Shown here: positions 1-13,000 of the stretch, piece after piece
How the letters are laid out: every line of letters begins with the position of its first letter
How positions within the stretch are numbered: the first letter of the stretch is position 1
DNA from: Pocillopora damicornis
Lineage: Eukaryota
NCBI RefSeq assembly: GCF_003704095.1
Contig: NW_020847258.1
Coordinates: 186,001-250,000 of the forward strand
Reading direction: 5' to 3'
Length of the DNA: 64,000 nt
Made by a program: the position numbers and the translations under genes
The notes under the pieces: generated by a model
Told to the model about the DNA's origin: nothing
Databases searched by the model: none
The model's input: only the letters and a program-made list of their open reading frames with translations

Positions 1-3000
1 CAAAAACGGCGGATAAGTTAGGAGGGTGCAGAGTAAAATAGAAAATGTAAGGAGTGCAAGAATTAGGATTTTTTTTAAACTTTTTTTTACTTTTTCTTCG
101 GGAAGGTTAGGCCGCAATATATTATAAAAATAATAGAGTGACACCAGCAAGCTAATTTGTTAAGTACCGTGAATTTGACGATGATTTACCGGGAAGATGA
201 AAAGAGAAAATTTTTTTGGAAATTCTGTCATACTCTGTGAACTTCGTTCATCTCAAAAATCATATTTTCGGCAGGAAGTGCAATTACCTAACATCTTCAT
301 TTCTTTGACACCACGAAGATGAGAAAAATTTATCTTTTTTAGTCAGTGTCAACATTTGTTTCTATTTATATCAGCACATGCTTTTATTCTGCGAGGGGAG
401 GGCTTAAACGAATGACGGCTGATTTAAAGTAGCTTGAAATCTGTCAGCTGGATGTGCACAAGATATAAGGATTCCAGGAGGAATCAGGAAAGGAACTGAA
501 CGAGTAGGTATTTCGGAAAGCCTCAAAACACGAACTCGATCTGCCCATTTTGTACCATTTGGACAGCACCGTAAGCCCTCTTTTGAGCACCACCAATATC
601 ATAGCTTTTCTCTATAATTGAATGCAAACTCAAGCAATGACATGATTTCAGGCTGGTTCACATTTAAGTTTATACTTGAAAATGCCTATGGAATTCAGTG
701 TTTGTGGATCCGGCATGTGGCCATTGAGTTAATAGACGGGATTAATTCCATTCTTCTCATATTAAGTCGTTGAAAACTTAAACCAATTAATGGTGTCCTC
801 AGCTGGACAATGTTACTGAATCCATTTAATTATGAGCTTTATGTTCCCCAGTAAAGGTCAAAATGGGGTCGCTCAAACTAGCGAATCTCGGTATCTTCAA
901 CACAGCGAATTCCACTGCATCATTAGGGTACTGTTTGTGGAACACACTCCATAGACTCAAGTCATCGCTCTTGTGTAGTATCAAAGACTTAAGAGGGTTC
1001 GATAAAAGAGGCATTTAATCCATGATCTAATATAACTTTCCGCCACACTCTCTCGAGCTTGCTCACCAGCCGATTAATTAACTCGTCATATTTTCACCTA
1101 CCTGACCTCTAGCCGAAGTTGTTGGGATGGTTGTACTTGAAACCATAACCTAGTAACATGTACGTTGAAGCTTTACACCAGAAAAGAAGTAAAAAATTAC
1201 TTCTGCGAGGGTACAAGTGTCCTTTGAAGCGTGGCGGGTTCTGATAATCTTGCTAATAGCTTTGCTCAAGGCTCTATGGTATTTGATTTAGTATGCTTTA
1301 AAATTCTATACGTCAAACCTTTCTGGTATTTTCACAGTAAATTTAAAGCTCGAAAACTCTTTTATTTCTCAAAGTTTCCGCTGATGTGCACGATCAGAAC
1401 ATTTAAACACCGCTATGTATCGCTTTAGACAAGAAACTGGAAGTAAATCTTACAGTGCTTACTTGAGGACGTTTTAAAATGTCAAAATGTCGTTCATGTT
1501 GTAAAGATTTCAATGTCCAATCTCTTGGAGATCTATTGTTAAATGTCCACTGACTAAGCCAATTAGTTTTTTGTATCCAAATAAAACCTAAAAATTGGCC
1601 GCAGTGGGAATGTTAAGTCTTGGCAAATTGAGGGTAGAATTCCCTTTGGTATCTCTTACAGAACTTTAGAATGCAACATATACCCGAATAACTCGAGATT
1701 TACAAAATTAGACCCGAGCAGTCATGTTTGTCTCGACGAACAGAAAGCTATTTACCATCATTTTTTTGTCTATAGAATTAGATTGTTTATTCTCAACTGA
1801 TAGGATTAAGAATTTAACAAAATAAAAATGGATTTATAACTTTATGAAACAGCTGAGGAAAGTATGTTTATTTCACGGATGTCTTTAATCTGGTTGTCGC
1901 ACGATTCTAGTTGACATGTGTGGAAATTAATCCCGTTATTAGCTTCCAATTGATCAGGAAGTACTGCTGACAGGTTACTGTCGACCCCAAATTCCCGCTA
2001 ATCAGTTCAGACAGGCCTCGTCAGTTCCCAAGTTTCACCAGTTCATTTTTTATGCTCACTCCTTCGTGACTTTTATACTTGTTGATCTCCACTTTCGATT
2101 CTTTTTTATTATAATACTTGACGCTGACATGGCGATCATTTAGGTGAAGTTGCGACGAAAACTCACATTGCTCAATGGACTCTTACGATGAGTGTTAAGG
2201 AGATTCGGTGACCTTGTTACACACCAAAGCAGGCTAGCTTGCTTGAGGGGAAATTTTCATTCAAGAGACCTTTGACGTCATTGAGTAGGCAATCAATGGG
2301 TTCTTAACACTTGAACACAAAATATGCATAGAAATATGCTTAAAAAATAACTACGAAATTGCTTTTCAGCGGAAATCGATCGGCTATAAGTGAGGACATT
2401 GGCACACCGGGAAAATCGCTATAAATCCGTTTTATTTTATTTTAATCTGAGTAGAGATGCGTTACTTTTCTTTTGGCACACTTTAAAACCGGAATTGATT
2501 AAACAGGGAGTTACTTGAATCAATTTGTGTTCAAAAGAGTCGAGAAGATTTGAGATTTGCGGACCACTCGACGACGTTTTTCTCAAGTTCATTTTTTCTA
2601 GTCATATTAAGTTATTCCAAGAGAAATTATTTTCTCATGGTTTTTCTGAAGCCAGTTCTCCAGTTATGTTGTTCATTTTGCTTTTCTTGTATAACGGGTA
2701 AAGCTGAAATATCAGAAATACCAATTTTGCCCTTGCTATACTTTTAGTCTTATGAAATGCTCGCTATTTCTTCTTACTTCAGTTTTTCCGCCTTGAAGGC
2801 CTGCAATGATCTTGAGACCCCCTAGTCTTCAAATTCACTGAGTAGGAGGCGGAGGCGAAGAAACGTACCTAAATCATAGATCATTTCCAAAATAGAAACC
2901 TTTCTTCGTTCAGCAATGCCTGATGATATACATTTCCATATTGAATTGCAGCAGAGCCCCACCTTGTGATGTTTTAAGTTTGGCGACCACTTCTAATTTT

Positions 3001-6000
3001 GCTGCGGCCAATTGTTGAAACAGTTTTACATTCATAAGTACCTTACTTGCTAATTAGCTATGCGGCTCCATGTTATCTTTGTTTTGCTCTAAATTCAACT
3101 ACTTCTAAGGTCAGTTAGGGAAGGGTTGTCTTGTTTTAATCAGCAGGAAGAGTGGTATCAGTTGCAAAGGGTAGTTCTATGATATTTATACGGGACTAGA
3201 TGAAACATTGTTGCGCCAGTATCTGTTCATTTTCTATAAAAACAAAACTATTAGCCAGTAATCCTGTTTACAATTATGTCAACCACTCTTAATTTAAAGC
3301 TTATGAGGGCTTGATCTCACAAATGAAGGTTCAAAGTCTGGATAAATGATACACTCACTAATGTGATATATGTGTTCTTTGCCTCAAAAGACCGCCGTCG
3401 ACAAGAGCAACCTGCTTTTTAAGTTCGCTCTATCTCAGTTATTACAAAAGTTATTTTGCTATAGCTGGTCATTTTCAGATTCCCAGTACGTCCCACCTAG
3501 CAAGCATAATTTGTACTGCTGTTGATTCACAAAAGTATTTGTTTTCAGACAAAGAAACAGATTACATCTATTCTGAACGTCCTCGAGCAACCTTTGGAGT
3601 TGACCTTGAAATGAAACGTGGTTCCACCTGAGGTACTGTCTATCTACATATTCCTGAACTTTCATAGTTTGACTTACAGTAAAATCTGCTAGTGACTTAT
3701 CTGTAAGTTCGAGGGTTAAGCATACAATTTACCTCAGGGGCAGAAAAGAATGGCGCTAACCTATGTTCATTATGGCTGCAGTGTTTTGAGAGTCTAAGAA
3801 AGCCATACCCTGAATCGAAGATGATCACCAGAAAATCAAATTCAGAGCGTCATATCGACGAACAAATGAGTCAGTTTTTAATCTGTCGTGTATATTTTCC
3901 CATGCCTTGATTTTGTCACAGGCCAGCTATCGCGTGAACTCCCCAAACCAGATTTCATCATTTAGTTTAAATTATATGTCCTTTCGTAAAATCCATAGAT
4001 GGATCATAACTTGGACACGGATGTATCATCTCTGAAACTATCTTATTTTCAGGGTAACCAACCAAGTAAGTCCTCCATGGTATTGAAATGGAGCCAACCT
4101 ACTATTCCTTACTTAAACTGAGAATATGGCTGACGGTTTTGTGCTGTTAGAGCCAATTTTCCCTTGGTGCAGTTCAATCAACAATATTACTGTATAATCT
4201 TCTAGGTTCGATGTGGCAGTTTGCCATAAGCCGTTTGTGTTATTGGCTTGAAAGTGATAATTCATTCTGTCAATGATGTCGTGCTATGGTTTTTTTCTCA
4301 TTTCCTGACCAACGAAAACGCTAACAGGAAACAGAGTTACCTCAGACTAATGACAGTAGTCCAGTAGCAGACTTTGGTCTGTGTCTGATGAAGTGTCACC
4401 GTTAAATAGGACGCATGTTTAACCGAAAAGTTTGGAACTCATAAGTCAATAAATAAACATGAATGGGTCATTCGTGCAATCAGGTCAATGCTATCGGTGT
4501 TAAAATGCTCGATTAAGTATTATCCATACCAATGTTTCAAATAAGAGGAATATAATTGCAAATGTGTTGAAAATCAACTTCTATAACAAGCACTAGAGTG
4601 GATCTTCTTATTATCAAGGTGTCTAGTTCCATTATGCACCCAACCTACATCACTGAAAAAAAAACTGATTAGGCTGTATATATAGTTATATATATTTGAA
4701 TGTATTCCTTAGCCGCTGACGGACATTGTGACTTTCTGATTCAGAAATGATAATCAGGGCAGCCATAATATTTTTACTGAATTACAACGAGTAAGAAAAA
4801 GTAGTTGGCACGCCTCCCCCTACTGGGTGATCGACAACCCTCTTCTCAACATGATAAACAGAAATATTGTAATTCATCTCTAATAAGTTACTTGAAAGCC
4901 CCCGCTTTTCCACCAAACAATGTTCCCTGAAATTAGTGACCGTTTTGTCACCACCAGGCAACATTGAAATGGGGGAGAGAGAGGGAGATAGATGAAAGTT
5001 ATAGAAATAATTCAAAAATTAACAGAGTGTGCCAAGAGTTTTGCCCCTTATTGTAGATGTAGGTGTTTGTGAGTCTGAAAGGTCTTGGGTTTTATTTGTT
5101 TAAGGAATAAATACAACATTTCATCTTCAAGAATACAACAAAGTTTCTCGTCAGTCATGAGTCTCTGATAAGACTTAAGCAGTTACTGCAATTTGTAGGG
5201 CGTGGCTTAGAAGCATATGTTTTCGGAATTCTACCGGTCGATTATGTAAAACAATTTTTTTCCCTTTTAGACTACAACTGTAAGGAAGCAATGTTGAAAG
5301 GCCGATAAAACACACTGGGATGGACACACAGCCGACATGCTTAACTCAACCAACAACTGACCGACAAAACGACGGTAAGACACATAAATGGCTTCTATGA
5401 AAAAATTTACAATCTGTTTTGCGTTTGTTTATTATAGCATATTGTTCAAGTGTTGATTGTTTATACAGTACAAGCCTCTGAACAAGTCCATTATCATTGT
5501 CCTTTGCCTCGAAAATATGTCTTTTCAAAATTTGTTCCTCCGGTTGATCGTTAGGTGGGAAGCACCTGCACCGGCTCTTAATAGTGATAAGATTGGGGAA
5601 GGAATCCGAAAGATTGTTTATTTCAGGCAGCATAGCCTCAGGAAAGACTCCTTTCACGTGTCGAGAGCCTCGCGTCAGACGATCTGTCATAATTGAATTT
5701 CCTGGCATCAAACTGGATGATCTTCCCTTATTCTCGCTGACAATAATAAACCGGTACACACGACAAAGAAATCCTAACCACTGCAATGAATTCCGTTTGC
5801 CATGCGCCCGCAACGGGCCAAGTACGTCCATCCTCTAAGTAAACGCTTCTCTCAAAGACACAATAAAAAGGTTAACAGAGCTAGCGAGATTTACTTGTCA
5901 ATCGGATTTAGAGCAAGTGTAAATTTAATCAGTTGTGTCATTGGCATTAGCGACAGTGGGGCGTGTGTGGTCTCGAGGCTTTAAATCTTTCAGATCCCAG

Positions 6001-6525
6001 AAGCGATATGGAAAACATTCCACTAATTTAATTGTAAAAAGAGTTCGTTAAATCCAGATGCGCGGGTTGATTTCCCTAAGATATGCCACTGACCACAGTT
6101 AAAATATGGCTCTTGAAAAAAAGAGCATGTACTTCGTGTTATTCTATCATCGCAGATGAAAAGGGGATAACGCTGTGATTTATAGCTTTTACGCTTTGAT
6201 TTAGTAAGCAATAACCAGCGTAATGAAAAGCGCAAATCTCTCTATTGTCATTTTATCAAATGTGCCCACTGTATTTGTACAATGGTTCGATAACTTACTA
6301 ATCTTTAACTCGAGAGTTCGGTTACTGATCTCACAATTTGATTCTGCTCAGTAGTAATCGCACACTGCCAAAATGTTTACCTAACAGCTAAACGCGTAGA
6401 ATAAACAACCCGAATCACAAACAATCACCAATTAGTGCGCGAAGTAGACAATCGCGCAACAGCGCGGCTCCGGTCGCCTTGGTGTCGAGTGATAGTTATG
6501 GCGTCGGGACTAGGCTTATCAGCTC

Positions 6526-6554
6526 TAATTACTTTAGACATAATTAGATAATTA
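6526..6554. promoter_or_regulatory. Cluster of three TAATTA homeodomain-binding sites upstream of Unc-4 paralog A
   Basis: TAATTA at 6526-6531, 6541-6546 and 6549-6554, about 240 bp upstream of the ATG. TAATTA is a preferred Q50 homeodomain site. Function is inferred. Confidence 0.4.
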
Positions 6555-6788
6555 GACAGCTGACTTGATGGCTTGTTAGTCATCTCTGCTTGCCTGCTTA
6601 CCCTGCCAGTGGCTATAGTCTCAAGTTTCTGTTAACAACGTTCACTGCCTTCCTAACAAGGCGCCTAAAGCTTCGGCGCGTAATCAATCCTTCCTTCTGA
6701 CGGAAGCGCACGCGTTTTCTTAAAGTGCACTTTGGGAGCGCCATCACACTTACTTTGGCGCTGGCTTCGACCAGAGCGACAGAGGATT

Positions 6789-9700
6789 ATGAATTTTCAT
6801 CCTTCAACTTTTAATCTCATGTTGAGTGAGGCCGAATCCTGTGCGCACGCAGCTGGGGTGAATGTGCGCTATTCGTGTGCGACAAATGCCGGATCAGATG
6901 CAAATTTATTCCATTACCCTGTAACTCTTGGTAGTTTGGCTGATTTGAGTTCGGACTCCGAAGTCGAAATAATCGAGGCCATAGGTATGCAAATTTCCTC
7001 TTCGCACTCCTTTATTTGTACTTTGGTCTTGCGTACTGTACGCTGTGAAAACGCACTGTGCGCTATGAGAACCCATTGTGTACAGCTACCTGACCTTGTT
7101 TGTACCATAGTGAAAGAAATTTGTTTTCTTTGTCTCCGATGCGATGCCGTTTTACAGAAATCCCTATCTTACCCAAGAAGCGGAGAAGCAGGACGAACTT
7201 TGATGCTTGGCAGCTGGGGGAGCTCGAGAAGGTTTTCAGGAGAACACAGTATCCGGACGTTTTTACCAGAGAAGCGCTTGCTCTAAAACTTGACTTACTC
7301 GAATCAAGGGTTCAGGTGAGAAAACTGTGTCTCAGAAATAGCAAAGGGGAATTTATCACACCTTTACGTACATAATTCTTGTATTGTTGTCATGCCTGGT
7401 GTTTTAATCTGCGGCTGTGAAACAGGAACTATCAGTACCCTCAGAATTTTTTAACTCTTGCTCCCGTTGTTGATCTTAAATTCTTTTTCACTTCTTCAGA
7501 CTAAATCTTTTCTATTCTAGAAGCCATTATTAAACTTTTAAATAGTGAGCAAACCTCGCACAACACCATCTATAACAGATGCTCGCTCGGGCGTCAATTT
7601 TCTTAACACGTTTCGCCGGCTACCTAACTTAGTTTTCACACTAGTCAACCGAACGATGAACAGACTCTTTCATTATGAGCAGAAAATCTATTAGCAGCCA
7701 CTCTAAAATTGTGCAGTTCTCATGAAAAACTCACTTATTCGAAATCTTGACTGTCTTTTATTGATTTCTTCTTATTTGGACTTAAGAAAGTCAAGAAAAT
7801 GAAAGTTTTTGAACAGAAGGTTGCTCTCTGGTTCTTGGCGCAGTGGACACCCAGCTGCGCAGGTTCATGTCGTGTTCCTTGATTTACACACCTAATTAAA
7901 TTTTGCGAGTTGTTCGGACCACTTTTTGTCAATAGGCGATTAAATAATTCCTCCATTTTTCCAACTTAAGACACTGTTCTACCACAATTACTTCTTACAT
8001 TTCCGTTGGTTGCAGTTTACAGTTTTAAAATAAGCAGTGGCGGCCATTTTGTGATAATGTTTTCTGTTATCTATGGGGCTTGTAATAGCGAAAATTTTAA
8101 AGGCGACTGTGAGTCGCCAACAGTTTCCGCTTTGAGACTCCTAGACATGGATTCGTGCAGAGATTTTGTCTCGTTTTTTTCACATTTTCTAAACATTGAC
8201 ATGTGAAACTGTTGCCGAAAGAGGGCGAAGCAAATATGAAATCGGCAAGCACTCGAATCCAAGCAACACTGAAGACGTTGTTTAGTTTGTTTGTACTGAG
8301 GGTGTGAGATTCATCAGCTAATTCTGTCTAAATGGATGTGATTTTAAACCAGTTCCCACCATGCCTGCCTGCTGTTAATCGCTACATAAATCAATTTTCA
8401 CTGACGGATGTTTCAGTTTAATTTGTGTTAATTTTTCTGATGTTGGCTTTTGTTGAGTGCTTTTTGGGTGCGAAGGAATGTTTGTGGAGAGTGTTTGTTG
8501 GCAGGTATTTCGTTCATCTCTCTCTAACGTCCTTTAACGGCGATCAAACGTTGATTTTAAAGCAATCATATTAAAAGCTCTAATTAACTAGGAAGTCACA
8601 ATGTTTGCTATTGCTGAAAGTCGATGTTTTTCTCTTCAAAATGAATGCAAAGGACACTAAGAGTCCAACAAGTCATTCTTGAACAACATGCAGTATTCAT
8701 TACGCAAACCGTGACCCACGAAAGAGAGAAGTAGAACTATTTTTTTTAATGACCATAGAGAAAAATATTTCCTTTACCAAAAGCGCCTTTGATGGGAACT
8801 ACTTCCTCAGTTTAACCTTCAAACTTTTGGCTTGTCAGAGAATAACAAATTACTCTGAGAAGGGTCACGAGTGATTAATGTCCTGAAGAAAGGAGAAACC
8901 GTCACCTCTCTTGTTCTTGGTGATAACTCTTTACACGAGCGATCTCTTTAGTTGAACAGTTGCATGGCGTTTAAACGAGTGTCTAACAGTTTTCTTATTT
9001 GGAGATCAAAACTCCATCTTTAATCCACTGAATTTCTTAACATATTTAAGCGATGAAAAGGTTGGCTTTTGTTTACATTTGGTTGTTGTTCTAGGGCTTT
9101 TCGTGGGGCTAATTGAATCGAGTCAAAGACCATAAATCAAATTCTTCGCCATGATAAATTGTAGTGAAGTTGTCATAGTTAAGATTTTGAATAATTGGTG
9201 CCAATTGCCGGATCCAGTTGATCTACTACCTTGATGGTTTCAAATTTTTGCAACCATGTAATATTATAGCTGTGTTTTGGATCGGACTGAAATAAATTTT
9301 CTTTTGAAATTCAATTAGGTTTGGTTTCAGAATAGGAGAGCTAAACTGCGAAGGGAAGAAAAAACCAAGGCAAGACCTGGCAGAAGGGAGAAAAGTGAGG
9401 TTGAAAAAACAGCTGTAGCTTTGAAAATCCTCGAAGTTTTCGACAGGGACTTAACTCCAGAGAACAGCTCAGAGGAAACTGATCAGCCCCCAACACCTTC
9501 GAGTGTGGATAACAATACCCAGTCATCACCCTCATCATCCTCTTTCAGTATCGAAAGCATTCTCTCGCGGAAAGATCCTCCCACACAACTTGAAAAGCAC
9601 ACCATAGTCTCCCAGAGTAAAAGTTCAAGTTTTCAAATTGCACAGCTCATCGACGCCACCAAAGACTTACAGGATAGATTGAAAGGTAACGCGAACAGGT

Positions 9701-10032
9701 CAGCTATTCGTTCAGTGGAGCCCGTCAGTGTCAAAGCTACTCTATCAAATACTACTTCAAGTATAACTGTCAGATCTGAAAGAGAAGACTCTACGAAACA
9801 CGAACGCAACGCTAATATTTCATCTGAAAAGGACACTCTGTTGGCACCATTTTACGTTCCTACTCCAAGACATTGCGCTTCAAGGTTTCAGAGCGTAGCC
9901 CCCGGAAAATACACGCACCCCGAGACTTTGCCTCTGAATAACGTAGAGGTGTTTGAGAACTTTCGTAGTTCAAGTATTATGCGACTGAGAACAAGAGCGG
10001 AGGAGCATTTGAAGCAACTGCAAGTTTCTTAA
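6789..10032 (+). CDS. PRD-class (Q50) homeobox transcription factor, divergent Unc-4/Uncx-like paralog A, 355 aa, with eh1 and OAR motifs; 3 coding exons
   Basis: Exons 6789-6984, 7158-7315 and 9319-10032 join in frame with GT-AG introns (phases 1 and 0). Homeodomain [46 protein letters not shown]|[14 protein letters not shown] has the PRD-class intron between residues 46 and 47. FSIESIL (eh1) at 9544-9564; [15 protein letters not shown] (OAR) at 9964-10008; AATAAA at 10201. Family call rests on the Unc-4-typical RTNF..WQL and EALAL.LDL.ESRVQ. The first exon is less certain than exons 2-3. Confidence 0.88.
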
Positions 10033-13000
10033 GTTGGTTGACGAACTTGAGGAAAAAAAGGAAAAAACAACACGTTCTTCAAACCCTCGACGCCACATAA
10101 TTTAATGTAATTGACGTGTGACACTACGGTCATGAACCAGCTTCCATTCGTTCCGCGTATAAGTTGTTCTTTTTTCTTACAAGTATGAGCGCTATTTAAA
10201 AATAAAAATATATTTTCCTCTCGAGAAAGTGTGTACCTCTTTATGAATTCTTGTAACAAACTGCGGATAAGTGTAACAGTTTAGTGTGGATTACCCAACC
10301 CAAAGAATTCCCTTATTATAAATAGCAGGTCTCTTGTGTCATTTTGTTCTACTTTATGTCAGTATAATCCATACCGAAATGATCCTATTGACCGTTTAGG
10401 ATTGATATATAATCAAGTTGTTTATTTTAATCGAATTGTGCCTCGTACCGTTTGTTCATTTTCTCCTCAGCTCGTATCTCACCTACACAGATGGAATTTT
10501 CCTGACATTTGATAACTGCTAGTGATAAATTATCTTTTTTCGTGACTTAGAACTTGTCAATAACTGTCTCGTTAGGGACTGCTAAATACTGATAGATGAT
10601 AACACATTGTTAGGATGCTAAACTTGTAGTGTCAGATCTTCTGTTTTACCTCAAACGCGATAACTCTCATTTCGTAAAGAAAGTGAAGAAGCAAATGTCA
10701 GAGGACTTTGTTTACATTTAACAAACTAGAAACAATGTCTAAAGCGTTTTGAGATTTTCAAGAAGTCGGGTGTAAAAATCACCTTTGATCTGTTGCTTTT
10801 CAGTTATTTATTTTCATTATGCTGATTATCTCAGCTAATCAGGAAAGAGTTTCACTCCTCAAAGTGTTTCCTTTGTAACTTAAAGCAAATAGCGATCTTT
10901 TCATACAACGTAATTCGTGCATTGCACGCAAGGGAAAACGTATTTATATAGAGCTGAGATATTTCTCGGTATTTATTAAAAATATGTTGAAAGATATTGA
11001 AAGATTCGTTACGCAAACCACAACGATATTTTTTTATCGTATAGAATAAGATACCTCTTTTTTAGATGCATATAACATACCGCATTGAATTGAATAAGTT
11101 CTCAGAAAACCGCAAATCTAGTCTTTTATTCACCGAGAGAAAAAAGGTCATAATACACCTTATTCCCTCAATAGCCTGCTTCGATGATATATCTTGGCTT
11201 GCTTCCAGATCCTTAGATTAACAGATTTACAAGTCGCGATTAGTCTCCTAAACGGACTTCAGGTGAAGTAAATTAATATTACGAGTGATGCAAGAGATAC
11301 ATAACGTTTCCAAACCATCTAAAACCATTAAGTAATAGTAATAGTAATAGGGAAACTCTGAACCAGGAATCTTTAACAAAGGGATATTCTTCTGTAAATT
11401 GGGTTAGATCGTGGCTTTTTTGCATGCCACACCTCAACTCTTGCCAAAGTAAAGATCCCGCGGCTATCATCAGTTTGAAACACCCACAATGTGTTCTGTT
11501 GTTTCCTTCCCCTATTAACCACGACTAATTTGACAGTTGAAGAAGTCCAAGCATTTACGGAACGCTAGATTTGCTTTAAGTGGTTAGGTCGATGAATTGG
11601 ATCGATCCTCAATCTACTTGGGTAATAAAAAGTGTTGAGCTCGAAAAACTGAATACGCTGCTGAATTTTACATTCGTTTGAAAAAATTGTGCAAAGGAGA
11701 AAACGTGTTCCTAGAATCGACAATTTGCTCAAAACGAAAACGATGTGTGGGTCTTGTCTACTTGCATTTCGCTCAATTGATTTTAAGTCCACATCCAAAA
11801 AAAAACTCAATACAGGAAATCCTCGTCTACGCTACCAATATCGGGCGAAACAGATGTTCATAAGCCGTTTGCAATTGAAACACTAACAATGTGTGTCGGA
11901 GACAGAAACCACTAACATCAGTCTCTCATTATTCACCTTCAATGGGTTCTCGGTTGGAATATTTACCGGGTAAGTGAAAAGCCGAAGTGAACAGTGATGA
12001 AAACTTGGTGAGAACGATCCACAGCCGGCGATCAACGGTTTTTTCGAAGGGACAGAAGGTTTGTGCAGATTATTTCGTCCAAAGAATATTTATGGAAAAA
12101 ACAGAACAAATCAAAACAAAAAATAAATAAATAATAAAAAAAATATATAGCTCATTGCTGTAACTCGCAAACTCTCCTTCCCTTCGACCTCAACTTTTTT
12201 TATGATCCATAATTTCCAATAGAAAATTTGATGCATTAATGTACATTTACACTGATGTCATTTTAAACTAGTTCAAAGACTGCCTAGACTTTGTTGATAG
12301 AACTAACTACAAACATCGAGTTGGTATTCACAGAAAGTATATCTGTCCGGAAGTCAGACGGATAGCTTAGTAAATATTTTCAAACACGGCTCAATGAGAA
12401 TCCAAAGGGCGCAGAAGATGGCGTTAATGTTTAGAAAAGAGACTTGCTACTTCCGATGTTTAGTAAATGTTGTGTCTTGAGAAAATTTTTGTTTGGATTT
12501 ATACTGTTCCATGTGATAAAAAAATAATCTAACATCTTGAGTTCATTGACTTATGACCCTTTCAGAGGAAATTTGACAAACCCATCGCTTTCTATTCGGC
12601 CACCTTTCTAGAACTTCAAACGCTACCTCCGAGAGCGGGTCATATATCATTTAATTCACGCGTGATTTTTCCTATTTTGACTAAATTTTACAGACAACGT
12701 GATACTTTTATCTTAGAATTGCCCCTTGCTTTCCCTGGGCCAGAAATCTGTCCTTGATTTGTGAATATCCCATCTTCCTTGGCTATTTTTTTATATTACT
12801 TCTCTCTATCACCCCACCCCCCTTCGGCTATTTCCTACTCTCCTCTCTCCTCCCCCCTAACAAAGAATGTTCTAGGATTATTTCACCTGGAAGTCAAATC
12901 AACAAACAAGTGGAAAAAATAAGTGTGGTTTGATAGGCGGTGAACGCTGATCCAAATTTTGTTTGGTGCTGGCGCGCGTCCGATAGGTTTTTGATCCGGA

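Noticed and set aside
5346-5838. Overlapping ORFs of 161, 79 and 84 aa upstream of homeobox paralog A
   Set aside because: No recognisable domain or convincing splice structure; more plausibly cis-regulatory DNA.
6732-7286. 184-aa ORF as a single-exon gene
   Set aside because: It is exon 1 of paralog A reading through the intron and then out of frame across the homeobox exon.
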